A DNA stretch of 64,000 nt from an uncultured delta proteobacterium (GCA_963724765.1 CAVRVY010000004.1:640001-704000); one strand, 5' to 3'. Shown: positions 28,847-40,556, counted from the first letter of the stretch. Numbers and translations are program-made. The notes: generated from the sequence alone by a model not told the origin.

Positions 28847-28863
28847 TGCCTCCATTGGCGCCA
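28847..28863. promoter_or_regulatory. UAS candidate upstream of acsA operon
   Basis: TGCCTCCATTGGCGCCA, about 115 bp before the acsA start. Confidence 0.5.
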
Positions 28864-28976
28864 CGGCGGATAAACGCCGCGCGCTGGGGTGTCTGACGAA
28901 GGTGTATTTCGATTCGCCGTCGGCGGCATGATCGGTGGATTCTGAAAACTTGGACAGATGAGGCTCGGAGCCACAC

Positions 28977-30749
28977 GTGACCTGGAAAACGATCGAGAAG
29001 CCGCGACGGGGCTGGGCTGTTATCCCCAACCTGTTGGATTATGAGCAGAGCCGGGCGGCCTTTTCCTGGGAAGACGCCCGGCGGGAATTAGACGGTCTTC
29101 CTGGCGGCGGGCTCAACATCGCCTACGAAGCGGTCGACCGGCACTGCCTAGGGCCGCGCGGTGATCGCCTGGCGCTGCGCTGGCTCGGCAAACGGGGCGA
29201 AGTGCGCGACTTCAGCTACGGGGATTTGCGCACGCTCACCAACCGCTTCGCCAACGTGCTCGGACGGCTTGGCATCGCCAGGGGCGAGCGAGTGTTCCTG
29301 TTGGCGGGGCGTATTCCCGAACTGTATATCAGCGCGCTTGGCACCCTGAAAATTGGCGGCGTCCTCTGTCCCCTGTTCTCGGCATTTGGCCCCGAACCGA
29401 TCCGTCAAAGGATTGGAATCGGCGATGGTCGGGTGCTCGTGACCACGGCCTCCTTTTACAAACGAAAGGTCGCAGACCTGCGCGCATCTCTCCCCGGTCT
29501 ACGGCACGTGCTCCTGATCGGCGCCCCGGAGGAGATTCGAGCGATTCCGGAGACGCTCGACTTCCATCAGCTGCTGACAGAAGCCGACGATCACTTCGAC
29601 ATCCCGCATACCGACCCAGAGGATCTGGCGCTGCTCCACTTCACCAGCGGCACCACCGGCAAACCCAAGGGAGCGATGCACGTGCACGAGGCGGTTGTCG
29701 CTCACCACATGACGGGCCGGTTTGCTCTCGACTTTCATCCAGAGGACATTTTCTGGTGCACGGCCGACCCCGGCTGGGTAACCGGAACCTCCTACGGCAT
29801 CATCGCTCCTCTCACCCATGGCATTACCAGCATAATCGATGAAGCAGAGTTCGATGCCGAGCGTTGGTATGCGATTCTCCAGAGCCAGCGAGTGACTATT
29901 TGGTATACCGCGCCGACCGCCGTGCGCATGATGATGAAGATCGGCACCGAAGTGATTCGTAAGTATGATCTTTCCCGGCTGCGCTTCGTGGCCAGCGTCG
30001 GCGAGCCGCTCAACCCCGAGGCGGTGGTTTGGGGGCAGGAAGCGTTCGGCCTCCCTATTCACGACAACTGGTGGCAAACGGAGACCGGCGGTATCATGAT
30101 CGCCAATTACCCCGCGATGGATATTCGTCCGGGTTCGATGGGCCGTCCGCTGCCCGGCATCGACGCGGCCATCGTCCGCCGTCACCAGGATGGAACCATA
30201 GAAGAATTGCCCGAAGCTGGAATCGAGGGTGAGCTGGCGTTGCGGCCGGGCTGGCCGTCGATGTTTCGCGGCTACCTGCATGAGGAAGAACGCTATCGAA
30301 AATGTTTCGCCGCAAGTTGGTATCTCACCGGCGACCTGGCGAAGCGCGATAGCGACGGCTACTTCTGGTTCGTCGGCCGGGCCGATGATGTGATCAAGTC
30401 ATCGGGCCATTTGATCGGTCCCTTCGAAGTGGAAAGCGCGCTGATGGAGCATCCTGCCGTCGCCGAGGCCGGCGTTATCGGCAAGCCCGACCCGATGGCT
30501 GGAGAAGTGGTCAAGGCATTTGTCTCGCTTAAGCCAACTTATTCTTCTAGCGAGGCGCTGCGGCGCGACTTGCTCGGGTTCGCACGCAAACGCCTGGGTG
30601 CTGTGGTGGCGCCCAAAGAGATCGACTTTGTCACCAACGTGCCGAAAACCCGCAGCGGCAAAATCATGCGCCGCTTGCTGAAGGCGCGTGAGCTTGGGCT
30701 GCCGGAAGGCGACACCTCCACGTTGGAGGGCGAGCCCGGCTCTACCTGA
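28977..30749 (+). CDS. acsA: Acetate--CoA ligase
   Basis: [62 protein letters not shown]. Confidence 0.95.
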   Translation: MTWKTIEKPRRGWAVIPNLLDYEQSRAAFSWEDARRELDGLPGGGLNIAYEAVDRHCLGPRGDRLALRWLGKRGEVRDFSYGDLRTLTNRFANVLGRLGIARGERVFLLAGRIPELYISALGTLKIGGVLCPLFSAFGPEPIRQRIGIGDGRVLVTTASFYKRKVADLRASLPGLRHVLLIGAPEEIRAIPETLDFHQLLTEADDHFDIPHTDPEDLALLHFTSGTTGKPKGAMHVHEAVVAHHMTGRFALDFHPEDIFWCTADPGWVTGTSYGIIAPLTHGITSIIDEAEFDAERWYAILQSQRVTIWYTAPTAVRMMMKIGTEVIRKYDLSRLRFVASVGEPLNPEAVVWGQEAFGLPIHDNWWQTETGGIMIANYPAMDIRPGSMGRPLPGIDAAIVRRHQDGTIEELPEAGIEGELALRPGWPSMFRGYLHEEERYRKCFAASWYLTGDLAKRDSDGYFWFVGRADDVIKSSGHLIGPFEVESALMEHPAVAEAGVIGKPDPMAGEVVKAFVSLKPTYSSSEALRRDLLGFARKRLGAVVAPKEIDFVTNVPKTRSGKIMRRLLKARELGLPEGDTSTLEGEPGST

Positions 30750-30769
30750 AGGTCCGGAGTGAGCGCAGC

Positions 30770-31771
30770 GTGCCTCTACAAGTAAACTTGCCGCAACCGG
30801 CCCTGGAACGCGAACACGCGCTCTTCCTTCTACGCGAAATGCTTCGCATCCGCCGTTTCGAAGAGAAATGCGCGGAACTTTACAGCGCCGCCAAGATCCG
30901 CGGCTTCCTCCATCTGTATATCGGTGAAGAAGCGGTTGCCGTCGGCGCCATGCAAGCCCTGGAAGCCGGCGATGCAATCGTGGCGACTTACCGCGAGCAT
31001 GGACATGCGCTAGTTCGTGGCGTCTCGGCCGCATCGATCATGGCCGAGTTGTACGGCAAACACGAGGGATGCAGTCGCGGCCGGGGCGGTTCGATGCATC
31101 TGTTCGATGCGGCCACGCGCTTCTATGGCGGCAACGCGATCGTCGGTGGCGGACTACCGGTGGCTATCGGATTAGCGCTCGCGGACAAGATGCAGGGCCG
31201 CACGCGCGTCACGGCATGCTTCTTTGGTGAAGGTGCGGTGGCGGAGGGCGAATTCCATGAATGCATGAATCTCGCCGCGTTATGGAGATTGCCCGTCCTC
31301 TTCTTGTGCGAGAACAATCTTTATGCGATGGGGACGGCGCTTGCGCGCTCCGAATCCGAAATCGATCTGAGCCTCAAAGCGAGCAGTTACGAAATACCGG
31401 CGTGGCCCGTCGATGGCATGGACGTCGTCGCATGCGAGGAAGCGGCGCGCAAGGCGGTCGAGGCCGTGCGTTCCGGTGGCGGGCCGCACTTCCTCGAATT
31501 TCGCACCTACCGGTTCCGCGCGCACTCGATGTTCGATCCGCAGCTATACCGTACCAAGCAAGAAGTCGAACAGTGGAAGACGCGCGATCCCGTCGTCTCG
31601 TTTAAGGCGCGTCTGCGGCAAGAAGGACTGCTGAATGACGAGGATCTCAAGCCAATGGAGGAAGATGTTGCGGCGGAGATCGCCAAGGCGGTCGAATTTG
31701 CGGAGGCGGGGACCCTGGAGCCGGTCGAAGAGCTGACCAGGTTCGTTTACTCCGAAAGGACGACACCATGA
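30770..31771 (+). CDS. pdhA: 2-oxoacid (pyruvate) dehydrogenase E1 alpha
   Basis: [29 protein letters not shown] motif [15 protein letters not shown]. Confidence 0.92.
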   Translation: MPLQVNLPQPALEREHALFLLREMLRIRRFEEKCAELYSAAKIRGFLHLYIGEEAVAVGAMQALEAGDAIVATYREHGHALVRGVSAASIMAELYGKHEGCSRGRGGSMHLFDAATRFYGGNAIVGGGLPVAIGLALADKMQGRTRVTACFFGEGAVAEGEFHECMNLAALWRLPVLFLCENNLYAMGTALARSESEIDLSLKASSYEIPAWPVDGMDVVACEEAARKAVEAVRSGGGPHFLEFRTYRFRAHSMFDPQLYRTKQEVEQWKTRDPVVSFKARLRQEGLLNDEDLKPMEEDVAAEIAKAVEFAEAGTLEPVEELTRFVYSERTTP

Positions 31772-32769
31772 CGGCGGATACGAAGGCCAGCCGCACGACC
31801 TACCGGGAGGCGACGCGACAGGCGATCAGGGATGCGCTCCAGCGCGACCCGCGCGTGTTCCTGATGGGCGAGGATGTAGGCCGTTATGGCGGTTGCTACG
31901 CGGTGAGCAAGGGATTGCTGGAAGAGTTCGGCCCCGAGCGCATCCGCGACACACCGCTGTCCGAGTCGGCCTTCGTCGGCGCCGGAATCGGTGCGGCACT
32001 GGGCGGGATGAGGCCGATCGTCGAGATCATGACGGTCAACTTCAGCCTGCTGGCGCTCGACCAGATTGTGAACAACGCCGCGACGATCCTTCACATGTCT
32101 GGTGGTCAATTCAACATTCCACTGGTGATTCGAATGACTACCGGCGCGGGGCGTCAGCTCGCGGCTCAGCACTCGCACAGTTTCGAGGGTTGGTATGCCC
32201 ACATTCCTGGCATCAAGATACTCACTCCCGCCACGTTGGAAGATGCCCGGGGCATGCTATGGACGGCCCTCCAGGATCCTGACCCGGTGCTTATTTTCGA
32301 ACACGGCACGCTCTACAACATGGAAGGCGAGTTGGCGGCGGATGCGGGCGCCGTGGAGATCGATAAAGCCGCGGTGCGCAAGTCCGGAACGGACGTGAGT
32401 CTCATCACCTATGGCGGTACGCTCGGCAAGACGCTGCAAGCAGCCGAGGAGCTCTCCAAAGTGCGGATCGATGCAGAAGTTGTTGACCTCCGCACTCTGC
32501 GCCCGCTCGACACGGCGACCATTGTGGATTCGGTTACCCGAACCCATCGAGCGGTGATTATCGACGAAGGATGGCGCAGCGGTAGCATCTCAGCCGAGAT
32601 CAGCGCGCGCATCATGGAAGGCGCGTTTTACGAGCTCGACGTGCCGGTGGAACGGGTTTGCAGCGCGGAAGTCCCGATGCCGTATGCGAAGCACCTGGAA
32701 GAGGCGGCGCTGCCCCAGGTGCGAACCATCGTCGAAACCGTGAGCCTCATGATGGGTGATCGTGGCTGA
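31768..32769 (+). CDS. pdhB: 2-oxoacid (pyruvate) dehydrogenase E1 beta
   Basis: [37 protein letters not shown]. Confidence 0.92.
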   Translation: MTADTKASRTTYREATRQAIRDALQRDPRVFLMGEDVGRYGGCYAVSKGLLEEFGPERIRDTPLSESAFVGAGIGAALGGMRPIVEIMTVNFSLLALDQIVNNAATILHMSGGQFNIPLVIRMTTGAGRQLAAQHSHSFEGWYAHIPGIKILTPATLEDARGMLWTALQDPDPVLIFEHGTLYNMEGELAADAGAVEIDKAAVRKSGTDVSLITYGGTLGKTLQAAEELSKVRIDAEVVDLRTLRPLDTATIVDSVTRTHRAVIIDEGWRSGSISAEISARIMEGAFYELDVPVERVCSAEVPMPYAKHLEEAALPQVRTIVETVSLMMGDRG

Positions 32770-34051
32770 ATTTCGCATGCCCGCTCTCGGTGCCGACATG
32801 GAGGTCGGCACCATTCTCGAGTGGCTGGTCAAACCCGGCGATACGATCAAGCGCGGGGACATCATCGCCGTGGTCGACACGGAAAAGGCCACGATCGAAG
32901 TCGAGGTTTTCGAGACCGGGATTGTCCAAGAGATTTTTGTCCCGCTGGGCGAGAAAGTTCCGATCGGCACGCTCCTGGCTCTGATCCGCACCGATGGTGA
33001 AGTTGTCGCGCCGCCTGCGGCCAAGCCAAAGCCTGCCGCTGCGATACCGCCCCTGGTCGCGCCCGTCGCTCCTGCGCCGCCTCGACCGCCGATGCCCGCT
33101 CGCGTGGAGAAACCTCCGCCGCCCAAGATGCCACCGGCGGCGCCGGGCCGCCTGCGAATTTCTCCACTCGCGATGCGCACGGCTGTCGAACTGAAGGTGG
33201 ACCTCTGTACGGTGAAAGGAACGGGCCCGCACGGAGCCATTACCAGAGCCGATGTCGAGCGGGCGGCAGCGGCGCCTGCTGCGCCAGCGCCGCCGTCGGA
33301 AAAGGCGCCCGCTCTCGCGGCGGCGCCGGCAGTGGAGGCACCCAAGGCTGCGCCCCAGCGCAAACCATCCGTCGCCCCAGAGGAACGCCGTGCGACGATG
33401 CGGAAGGTGATCGCAGCGGCGATGGCACGCTCCAAGCGCGAGATCCCGCATTACTATCTCGCTACTCAGATCGACATGAGCCGGGCGATGGCCTGGCTGC
33501 AGGCGCAGAATCTCAAGCGACCGGTGACCGAGCGGCTGCTCTATTCAGTGCTTCTGCTGAAGGCTGCCGCCCTGGCCGCGCATGGGATACCGGAAATGAA
33601 CGGCTTTTGGGTGGATGAGGCGTTCAAAGCCAGCGCCGCAGTTCACGTTGGTGTTGCGATCTCGCTGCGCCAGGGAGGACTAATCGCGCCGGCGATCCAT
33701 GATGTCGACAAGAAGGGTTTGGACGACATCATGGCGAACCTGCAGGACCTGGTAAAGCGGGTACGCGCAGGAGTGTTGCGAAGCTCTGAAATCGCTGATG
33801 CCACTATCACGGTGACCAGCTTGGGCGAGCAGGGAGTCGAAACCGTGTTCGGAATCATCTATCCGCCGCAGGTTGCGCTTGTCGGGTTTGGCAAAATCAC
33901 CGAACGCCCGTGGGCAGCCAACGGAATGCTGGGAGCCAGGCCCGTCGTGATGGCGACGCTTGCGGCTGATCACCGCGCCAGCGACGGACATCGAGGCGGC
34001 CTTTTCCTCGCTACGATCGAGCGCCTTTTGCAGGAGCCAGAAAAACTGTGA
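32762..34051 (+). CDS. pdhC: Dihydrolipoamide acyltransferase E2
   Basis: Lipoyl domain VDTEKA, Pro/Ala linkers, [25 protein letters not shown]. Confidence 0.92.
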   Translation: MAEFRMPALGADMEVGTILEWLVKPGDTIKRGDIIAVVDTEKATIEVEVFETGIVQEIFVPLGEKVPIGTLLALIRTDGEVVAPPAAKPKPAAAIPPLVAPVAPAPPRPPMPARVEKPPPPKMPPAAPGRLRISPLAMRTAVELKVDLCTVKGTGPHGAITRADVERAAAAPAAPAPPSEKAPALAAAPAVEAPKAAPQRKPSVAPEERRATMRKVIAAAMARSKREIPHYYLATQIDMSRAMAWLQAQNLKRPVTERLLYSVLLLKAAALAAHGIPEMNGFWVDEAFKASAAVHVGVAISLRQGGLIAPAIHDVDKKGLDDIMANLQDLVKRVRAGVLRSSEIADATITVTSLGEQGVETVFGIIYPPQVALVGFGKITERPWAANGMLGARPVVMATLAADHRASDGHRGGLFLATIERLLQEPEKL

Positions 34052-34296
34052 CGGACGATGAGATCAAGGCAATGGTCTTGCGGGAGCTTAAGAACATTGC
34101 ACCCGAATTCGAGTCCGAAATCGATCCGGCAATCGACTTGCGCGAGCAAATCGACCTCGATTCGATGGATATCCTCAACCTCATGATCGCCATTCATGAG
34201 GCAACAAGAGTGGATATTCCCGAGGCGGATTATCCCCAGATGTCCAGCCTCAATGGCTGTGTTTCGTACCTGCGCTCCCGCATCAAGTCGACGTAA
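34048..34296 (+). CDS. Acyl carrier protein
   Basis: 82 aa, acidic, DLDSMD phosphopantetheine site; start overlaps the E2 stop. Confidence 0.88.
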   Translation: MTDDEIKAMVLRELKNIAPEFESEIDPAIDLREQIDLDSMDILNLMIAIHEATRVDIPEADYPQMSSLNGCVSYLRSRIKST

Positions 34297-34592
34297 TCTC
34301 CCATGGAGCCTTGGGTGAGATATCTACAGGTTGCAGCTTCGAGGAATGCTACAGTTGAATACTCGCAGTAGGCAGTATCCCCTCGACATGGCGGGCGGGC
34401 ATATGTCGCGGGTCTGGATACTCGCCTGCACCCGGCGATGCCTTGCTTGCCCCTTTCCAATGCCTTGGCGCGTGTCGGGAACCGACATCGCTGGCGGCGC
34501 AGGTTCCAATCGGCGACACCGTGATGCATCCAGCGGAACCATCACAACACCGTGATGCTTTCTCCCTCGCTGATACGCGGCCGTGGGCGTTT

Positions 34593-34608
34593 TGGCATGT
34601 TCCATGCT
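34593..34608 (+). promoter_or_regulatory. Sigma-54 promoter candidate
   Basis: TGGCATGTTCCATGCT; partial UAS-like GGTTCCAATCGGCGACA at 34502-34518. Confidence 0.7.
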
Positions 34609-34636
34609 GAGCGTATTGATCAAGGGAGAGGGAACA

Positions 34637-35068
34637 ATGGATAAAAAGGCATTTTTCGAAAGGGTCGCTGGGCTTATGCGATGTGACGAGCATCGGGCTG
34701 AGTCGCTCACCTTCGCTGTGTTCCAGGAGCTTCGAGACAGTCTGACGTCGCGTGAGGCAGGCGACGTCGACGCCCAGCTGCCGGCCGGACTCAAGATACT
34801 ATGGGAAGCGCTCGACCGTCCGGGCAGGCATGTCCGCCGTGTGCATGAACCGCAGTTCGTCGGCGAGGTGCGGCTGATTGCGTCGCTGCCGGACGAAGCC
34901 GAAGCGGAACGCGCAGTGATCGCGGTCTTCGTCACGTTGCAGGAGCTGCTCGGCAGCCCGACCGGGATGGAGGGCGAGGCTTGGGACGTGATGAGCCAGT
35001 TGCCCAAGGACCTCAAGAAGCTTTGGATTAGTGCGCGCCAGCGCGCTGCTGAATTAGCGCAGGCTTAA
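34637..35068 (+). CDS. DUF2267-family protein
   Basis: Internal duplication F..RV..A...AVF..L......EA.DV..QLP..LK.LW; RBS GGAGAGG. Confidence 0.85.
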   Translation: MDKKAFFERVAGLMRCDEHRAESLTFAVFQELRDSLTSREAGDVDAQLPAGLKILWEALDRPGRHVRRVHEPQFVGEVRLIASLPDEAEAERAVIAVFVTLQELLGSPTGMEGEAWDVMSQLPKDLKKLWISARQRAAELAQA

Positions 35069-35324
35069 GACGCGGTTTTCAGCCGATGTAGTTAATACTC
35101 CGACCAGGCAGAGCCATCTCGGCGTACGGCTGGACTTCATCCGGCGCGGCAGATTGGTGGATTGATTTCAGGCCATTCATCTCAATTGTGTTATTCTGTG
35201 CTGACTGCTCGGTCGCGTGCGCCAGGGCCGAGTCGTCCATGTGGGCGATGTCGGCGCCCAGGGTCAGATCGCGCTGGTCGTCAGGGGTCATCACCGGGCA
35301 AGGGCCCGATCCATCACGACCTTG

Positions 35325-36308
35325 CTACCAGAAAGCGTCGCAATGGCGGAACTCGCGCCAGTTCGCTTTAGCTTGGAGTTCCGAACTGCTCGCGCTCTGC
35401 ATATACCAGCCTGCGACGACGCCAGCCGCGTTAGATAGACGGTCAGAGATTCTCCGATCGTCGCGTGCGGCGGACAGGCGCTTGAGCAGGTGTTCCGCCA
35501 CCACGATGTCATTCATGTGGCCCAGGCTATTCTGCAGCTGAGCGAGCGCGCGAAAATAGGCCTTCTCGCGCTTCCTCTGATAAAGGGAGCGAAAGAACTC
35601 CGCGGTGTACCGAAGCTTCTTGAGCGCGATCCGCAGTTGGTGGCGCTCCTGGGCTGAAAGCTTCTTAAAGTCGCGGCCTAGCTTGAGCACCGCCTTATGC
35701 CTCTTGGTCAACAACCGACCGGCTAATTTTACTGCGGGCTGGTCGAAAGATTTTCGCGTTCTGTTGCTACCTTGGCGCCAGGACTTAGCCGACAGCCATC
35801 GGCGCATCCGCGCCAGGAGCGCGGAATAGCGCGGTGACCCAATCGCGCGCCGCGCTGTTGTATAGCCCTTCTCCCTTTCCGTCTCGGCTGCCATCCGCAA
35901 TTTAGCCAGCCCAGCGTCTCCCGGTCGGGCAGCCTCAACCGGCGCAAGCAGTTCGGAGAGAAAGACGTCCCAGTCGCGGGCCATACCGAGACTTGTTAAG
36001 AGCCACTTGGTTTCGCGTTTCAGCCAAGCAACTTGGGCGACGGGAATGATTTCTCGGAAATCTGAGAGCGCCGCGCGTATGCGTCGCAGCGCCACGCGCA
36101 TTTCGTGAACTCCCTCAGGATCCAGACCACTCAGCGCCGCCGCTTCGTTCGCGGTCCAATGCCTTAGACATTCTGCGAAGACGACCGCGACTGCGTCGTC
36201 GACGGACGCATTCTTTGCGAGTTCTATCCGCTCCGCCTTCGTCGCTGCGGGCGGCGCTTTGGCGACCACCGCTAAAGCCTGCCCTATTCGGGCGCTCACG
36301 AAGGCCAA
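35325..36308 (-). CDS. CHAD-domain (polyphosphate-binding) protein lacking the CYTH domain
   Basis: DPEGVHEMRVALRRIR, LGMARDWDVF, RHQLRIALKKLRY, LQNSLGHMND. Confidence 0.88.
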   Translation of the reverse strand: MAFVSARIGQALAVVAKAPPAATKAERIELAKNASVDDAVAVVFAECLRHWTANEAAALSGLDPEGVHEMRVALRRIRAALSDFREIIPVAQVAWLKRETKWLLTSLGMARDWDVFLSELLAPVEAARPGDAGLAKLRMAAETEREKGYTTARRAIGSPRYSALLARMRRWLSAKSWRQGSNRTRKSFDQPAVKLAGRLLTKRHKAVLKLGRDFKKLSAQERHQLRIALKKLRYTAEFFRSLYQRKREKAYFRALAQLQNSLGHMNDIVVAEHLLKRLSAARDDRRISDRLSNAAGVVAGWYMQSASSSELQAKANWREFRHCDAFW

Positions 36309-36484
36309 CTCACACCTAAAATGGTGGCTTAGATCTTACGCAAGAATAGCATTGCACTTCCCGCGTATCGTAAGCGATGAGCAGGTTGAATTACGTAGCT
36401 GTTACGCTTGGCTTACCTGCTTCCAAAATACCGGCGTAACGCGCTGTTCATCAAACCGTAGAGCAAGATTCCCGAGAAACTGCT

Positions 36485-38362
36485 ATGGTCAAAGTTCCGC
36501 AGGCATTCCGATTGAAAGAAGCAGTGACGTCGACCGCGGTTCCTAAAGCGAAACTCGCCGATCTTATCAAGCGCTTAAGCGAGATCAGGCTGGCGCTTGC
36601 CGAGTCGGAGAGCGCCTTTGCCACGCGGGTTGACCGCATCGACCCGAGCTATCTGAAAAGCGCTCGTAACCTCGCGCATTACATCGCACTGCGCCATCGC
36701 GACGTCCGCAATCTGCAGGAGGAACTGGCCCAGTTGGGGCTATCCTCGCTGGGGCGCGCGGAAGCCCACGTGATGGCGACGCTTGACGCGGTGCTCGCGG
36801 CGGTCCACGGACTGGCCGGTCGCTCGTGGCAACATTTGCCCCGCACGCTCGATTTTTCAGAGGGCAACAGGTTGTTGCGTGAGCATACCGAGACGCTGCT
36901 CGGGCCCAGCCCGGCCAACCGTGCGGTGCGGATTATGGTGACGATGCCGAGTGAAGCCGCATCGGACTATCAACTGGTTCGCGATTTGGTCGCCGCCGGC
37001 ATGGACTGCATGCGCGTCAACTGCTCGTATGACGACCGCCAGGCGTGGGTGGCGATGGCCGAGCATCTCAAGCGCGCGAGGCACGAACTCGGCAAGAATT
37101 GCCGGCTGTCGATGGATCTCGCCGGCCCCAAACTGCGGGTTGGCCCGATGGAAACCGGCCCCGAAGTGATCAAAATCCGCCCCGAGCGTGATGTTACTGG
37201 AATGGTGCTCAAGCCCGCGCGAATCTGCCTTGTTCCACAAACGCATACGGGCGCGGTTGCGAACGGGGCGGAGTCCCTATCAATTCCCATCGCCGCCGGC
37301 GATCTAACCTCGCTCCGAGCCGGGGATCAGATCGAATTTACCGATGCGCGAGGATCTTCCCGGCGAATGGTCGTGACCGCGGCAACCGGCGAGCAGGTCG
37401 AAGCCGAGTGCATCCGCACTTCTTATCTCGCTTCAGGAATGGAACTGCGCCGCAAGGGCGAGTTCGATTGTGTCCTGCGCGTCGGACGGTTGCCCGCGCT
37501 GGATCAGCCCATCGTCCTTAAAAAAGGCGACACCGTGGTGCTGTCGGATAAACTACGCTTGGGCAGAGGCCCGGAGGTAGGCGAGGACGGACGCGTGCTG
37601 CGTCCGGCGGCGATAAACTGCACCATCCCGGAGATTCTCCGCGACATTAAGGCGGGCGAGCGGGTGTGGTTTGACGATGGCAAGATTGGCGGAGTTATCA
37701 AAAAAGTCGCCGATTTGGAAGCCACCATCGAGATTACCCACGCCGCCGCGGCAGGTAGCAAACTGCGCCCTAACAAGGGCATTAATCTGCCGGACAGCAA
37801 CCTGAGTATTGCTTCGCTCACGCCGAAAGACCTCGAAGACCTCCAAGTGGTCGCCGAGCAGGCCGACATCGTTGGCATGTCTTTCGTGCGCTCGCCTGGC
37901 GACGTGGAAGCGCTCGAGGCACAACTGGCGCGGCTTGGCCGTCCCGACATCGGCATCCTGCTCAAGATCGAAACGCGCAAGGCATTCGACAATCTCCCCT
38001 CCCTGGTGCTCGCCGCGATGCGTCGTCCCGCGGCGGGCGTGATGATCGCGCGGGGTGACTTGGCCGTGGAATGCGGCTATGAACGGATGGCAGAGATCCA
38101 GGAGGAGATCCTATGGGTGTGCGAGGCGGCCCACATGCCCGTGGTTTGGGCGACGCAAGTGCTGGAGAGTCTCGCCAAGAAGGGACTTCCATCACGGGCC
38201 GAGATTACCGACGCCGCGATGGGGGAACGCGCGGAGTGCGTGATGCTCAATAAGGGGCCGCACCTGTGCGAGGCAGTGACAGCGCTGGACGATATCCTCC
38301 AGCGGATGCAGGATCATCAGGTCAAGAAAAGCGCGATGCTCCGAATGCTCAAGCGCTGGTAG
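36485..38362 (+). CDS. pyk: Pyruvate kinase (long form)
   Basis: GLSSLGRAE, IMVTMP, DLAGPKLR, FDDGKI, KGINLP, LKIET, MIARGDLAVE, WATQVLE, CVMLNKG. Confidence 0.93.
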   Translation: MVKVPQAFRLKEAVTSTAVPKAKLADLIKRLSEIRLALAESESAFATRVDRIDPSYLKSARNLAHYIALRHRDVRNLQEELAQLGLSSLGRAEAHVMATLDAVLAAVHGLAGRSWQHLPRTLDFSEGNRLLREHTETLLGPSPANRAVRIMVTMPSEAASDYQLVRDLVAAGMDCMRVNCSYDDRQAWVAMAEHLKRARHELGKNCRLSMDLAGPKLRVGPMETGPEVIKIRPERDVTGMVLKPARICLVPQTHTGAVANGAESLSIPIAAGDLTSLRAGDQIEFTDARGSSRRMVVTAATGEQVEAECIRTSYLASGMELRRKGEFDCVLRVGRLPALDQPIVLKKGDTVVLSDKLRLGRGPEVGEDGRVLRPAAINCTIPEILRDIKAGERVWFDDGKIGGVIKKVADLEATIEITHAAAAGSKLRPNKGINLPDSNLSIASLTPKDLEDLQVVAEQADIVGMSFVRSPGDVEALEAQLARLGRPDIGILLKIETRKAFDNLPSLVLAAMRRPAAGVMIARGDLAVECGYERMAEIQEEILWVCEAAHMPVVWATQVLESLAKKGLPSRAEITDAAMGERAECVMLNKGPHLCEAVTALDDILQRMQDHQVKKSAMLRMLKRW

Positions 38363-38593
38363 ACTCACTGGCGTTAATCAGGGCCGTGTTGCGAGCCAAT
38401 GTGCGCTCGAAACAGCTGCGGTTCGATGCCGCCCGATGCGCCGGCGATTATGCCTATCGTTCCAGTGGGAGCATAAAAAACCCTGCCCCGCATTCCAATT
38501 GCCGGCTCCCAGCCTGCATCCAACCTCAGCACCGATCGCCAGGGTCGTTGGCTCTACTTGCATCGGGCGAGCAAATTCTGTGCAACGGCAGCG

Positions 38594-38631
38594 TGGCGCT
38601 AATGGACACAGCGCTGACGCCATCGGAGTCA
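38594..38631. promoter_or_regulatory. Tandem UAS candidates
   Basis: TGGCGCTAATGGACACA (38594-38610) and TGACGCCATCGGAGTCA (38615-38631), 21 bp apart. Confidence 0.6.
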
Positions 38632-38669
38632 TTAGATGCGAACGCCTGCGAGCACACGATATTCTGACG

Positions 38670-38685
38670 TGGTGTGATCATTGCT
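38670..38685 (+). promoter_or_regulatory. Sigma-54 promoter candidate for HPF-CSD gene
   Basis: TGGTGTGATCATTGCT. Confidence 0.6.
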
Positions 38686-38783
38686 TGCTTGTGGGCTCAT
38701 CAGGGTATCGCGGAAGTAACGATGCCGGTGCCCAGGTAGATGAAGAAGATGTTATCGCGCAAAAAGTGCGCTGAGGATGAGAC

Positions 38784-39329
38784 ATGCAACGCGATTTGCA
38801 AATCACCGCCCGCAATTTCACCTTGAATGCGGCCGCCGAAGCCGAAATCCGGGAAAAGGCCGCGAGACTTGAGCGCTATTACGAGCGTGGGCGTATCGGC
38901 GGTTGCCACGTCACCGTGGAAGGCGCCGTTGGCCATCGCCGCCATGGCGGTCCGTTCAAGGTGCGAATCGATCTAAGACTTCCGGGTGGCGAGTTGAGCG
39001 TTGATCGGCAGTCCGAGGATGACCTCGCAGTGGCGATTCGCGAGGCCTTCGACGCCGCGCGGCGCGAGCTGCAGGATTATGCCCGCAAGCAGCGGGGCGA
39101 CGTCAAGACTGTCGAGGCGCCGCCCCACGCGCGCGTGAGCAAACTGTTCCCACTCGAGGGGTATGGCTTTCTGACCACACCCGACAGCCGCGAACTTTAC
39201 TTTCATCGCAACAGCGTCCTAGGCGATGCGTTCGACAGGATGAAAATCGGTACGGAGGTCAGGTTCGCCGAGGAGATGGGTAATCAAGGGCCTCAAGCGA
39301 GCTCGGTCGCGATAGCCGGCAAATCCTGA
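38784..39329 (+). CDS. HPF/RaiA ribosome-hibernation domain fused to cold-shock domain
   Basis: LQITARN..KAARLERY..DLAVAIREAFDAARRELQ; then GYGFL, LYFHRN, GTEVRF, GPQAS. Confidence 0.9.
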   Translation: MQRDLQITARNFTLNAAAEAEIREKAARLERYYERGRIGGCHVTVEGAVGHRRHGGPFKVRIDLRLPGGELSVDRQSEDDLAVAIREAFDAARRELQDYARKQRGDVKTVEAPPHARVSKLFPLEGYGFLTTPDSRELYFHRNSVLGDAFDRMKIGTEVRFAEEMGNQGPQASSVAIAGKS

Positions 39330-39595
39330 CTGCTCGGAAAGGGGCCACTACCCGCATCACCTTCAGGTGAGCCGGCGCGCGGCGCGCCGGCCTCCAAACT
39401 CTAAACGATCTCGCCGTTCATCGGGATGCCTGAGTCGATACTCCGCGAAAAGACGCCGCCCATGAAGCGTAGCTTGTTGAGAAATTCCAGGAACTCTGGA
39501 GTGAAGAGCTTAAGGGAATCGAGGTAGTGCCCAGTGCTCATCGTTCCTCCACGATAAAGCTGAATTGCCCAAGTGAAGAGCTCGGATCGCGCCTC

Positions 39596-40177
39596 GTGAA
39601 GGTGTTACATTACTGCTGGCGAGGACGAGACGCGCACCGCGACTGGCGCGTGATCGCGATGATTGGAATGGCGCTGGCAGGTTTGATTGTCAGCGGATGT
39701 GTCACTGGTTCGCCTAAGCCGGAGTATATGCTCGCCGCGAATCCGGGTCTTGGCAAACAGATCCCAGGAGTGTTATCGGGCAAGACAGTTCTTGTCGGCG
39801 AGGTCGCGGGAGAGCGATCCCAACCTCAGCGGCCACTCCGTAACAGTTTTTGGTACGCACTCGTAAGAAGCGTCGAACAATCAGGGATCTTCAAATCGGT
39901 CGTGACAAATGGAAGCAGCGATTACCGGCTGGACGCTGAAATAGTCTCTCATCGCGAAATGGAAGCGTCTGCGATGTATACGTCGATCCTCCATGTCAAT
40001 TACCGGCTTGTTGAAGTCGCGTCCAACAGGGTTGTTTGGACCGACAACGTGGTTTCCCATCAGGACAGTGGGATCGACCTCTCCTCGGCGAACGAGGCCG
40101 CGGCGCGGACGAACCTGACTCGGATGCTCAAAGAAATGGTGGAATTCTCCGCGTCACAGCCTGAAGCTAGACACTGA
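39596..40177 (+). CDS. Putative lipoprotein
   Basis: Hydrophobic segment ending IVSGC lipobox; SGIFKSV, DYRLDAEI, YRLVEVASNRVVW; start uncertain. Confidence 0.7.
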   Translation: MKVLHYCWRGRDAHRDWRVIAMIGMALAGLIVSGCVTGSPKPEYMLAANPGLGKQIPGVLSGKTVLVGEVAGERSQPQRPLRNSFWYALVRSVEQSGIFKSVVTNGSSDYRLDAEIVSHREMEASAMYTSILHVNYRLVEVASNRVVWTDNVVSHQDSGIDLSSANEAAARTNLTRMLKEMVEFSASQPEARH

Positions 40178-40484
40178 GGTGCGCAAGGACGCCCTCTTCT
40201 GTTAGTCGGCGCAGGTAGCCCCCCTGTTTCAACTCCGAAACCCAGCGCCGCAGGCCACGTCAGATTCTACTTCGTTGGCGACTATGCGAATTCAGACAGC
40301 CGTTTGATGAATTTTTGAGAGTCTGGCTTCTTGCCCTTAAGAATTTGGCCGCATAGTCGCCTGAGACACAGCGGGCGTGTGAGCCCCGGCTCCTTTGCTT
40401 CCCGTTCGAGCCATCGGTATTCGAGTTGGCGCTTTTGGCAACAGGGAGGGCCGAACTTTTGGGAGCCTTCTGCGATGTTTCGAT

Positions 40485-40500
40485 TGGCGCGTTGCTTGCT
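40485..40500 (+). promoter_or_regulatory. Sigma-54 promoter candidate for hsp20-CBS-GYD-BON-prs-dksA operon
   Basis: TGGCGCGTTGCTTGCT. Confidence 0.75.
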
Positions 40501-40556
40501 CGACTTGAAGGTGTGCTCGAGCATCGAGCGCGGAAATCCAATCGAGGAGAAAATCA

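Noticed and set aside
33010-33380. Pro/Ala-rich low-complexity stretches
   Set aside because: Normal flexible linkers of the E2 subunit.
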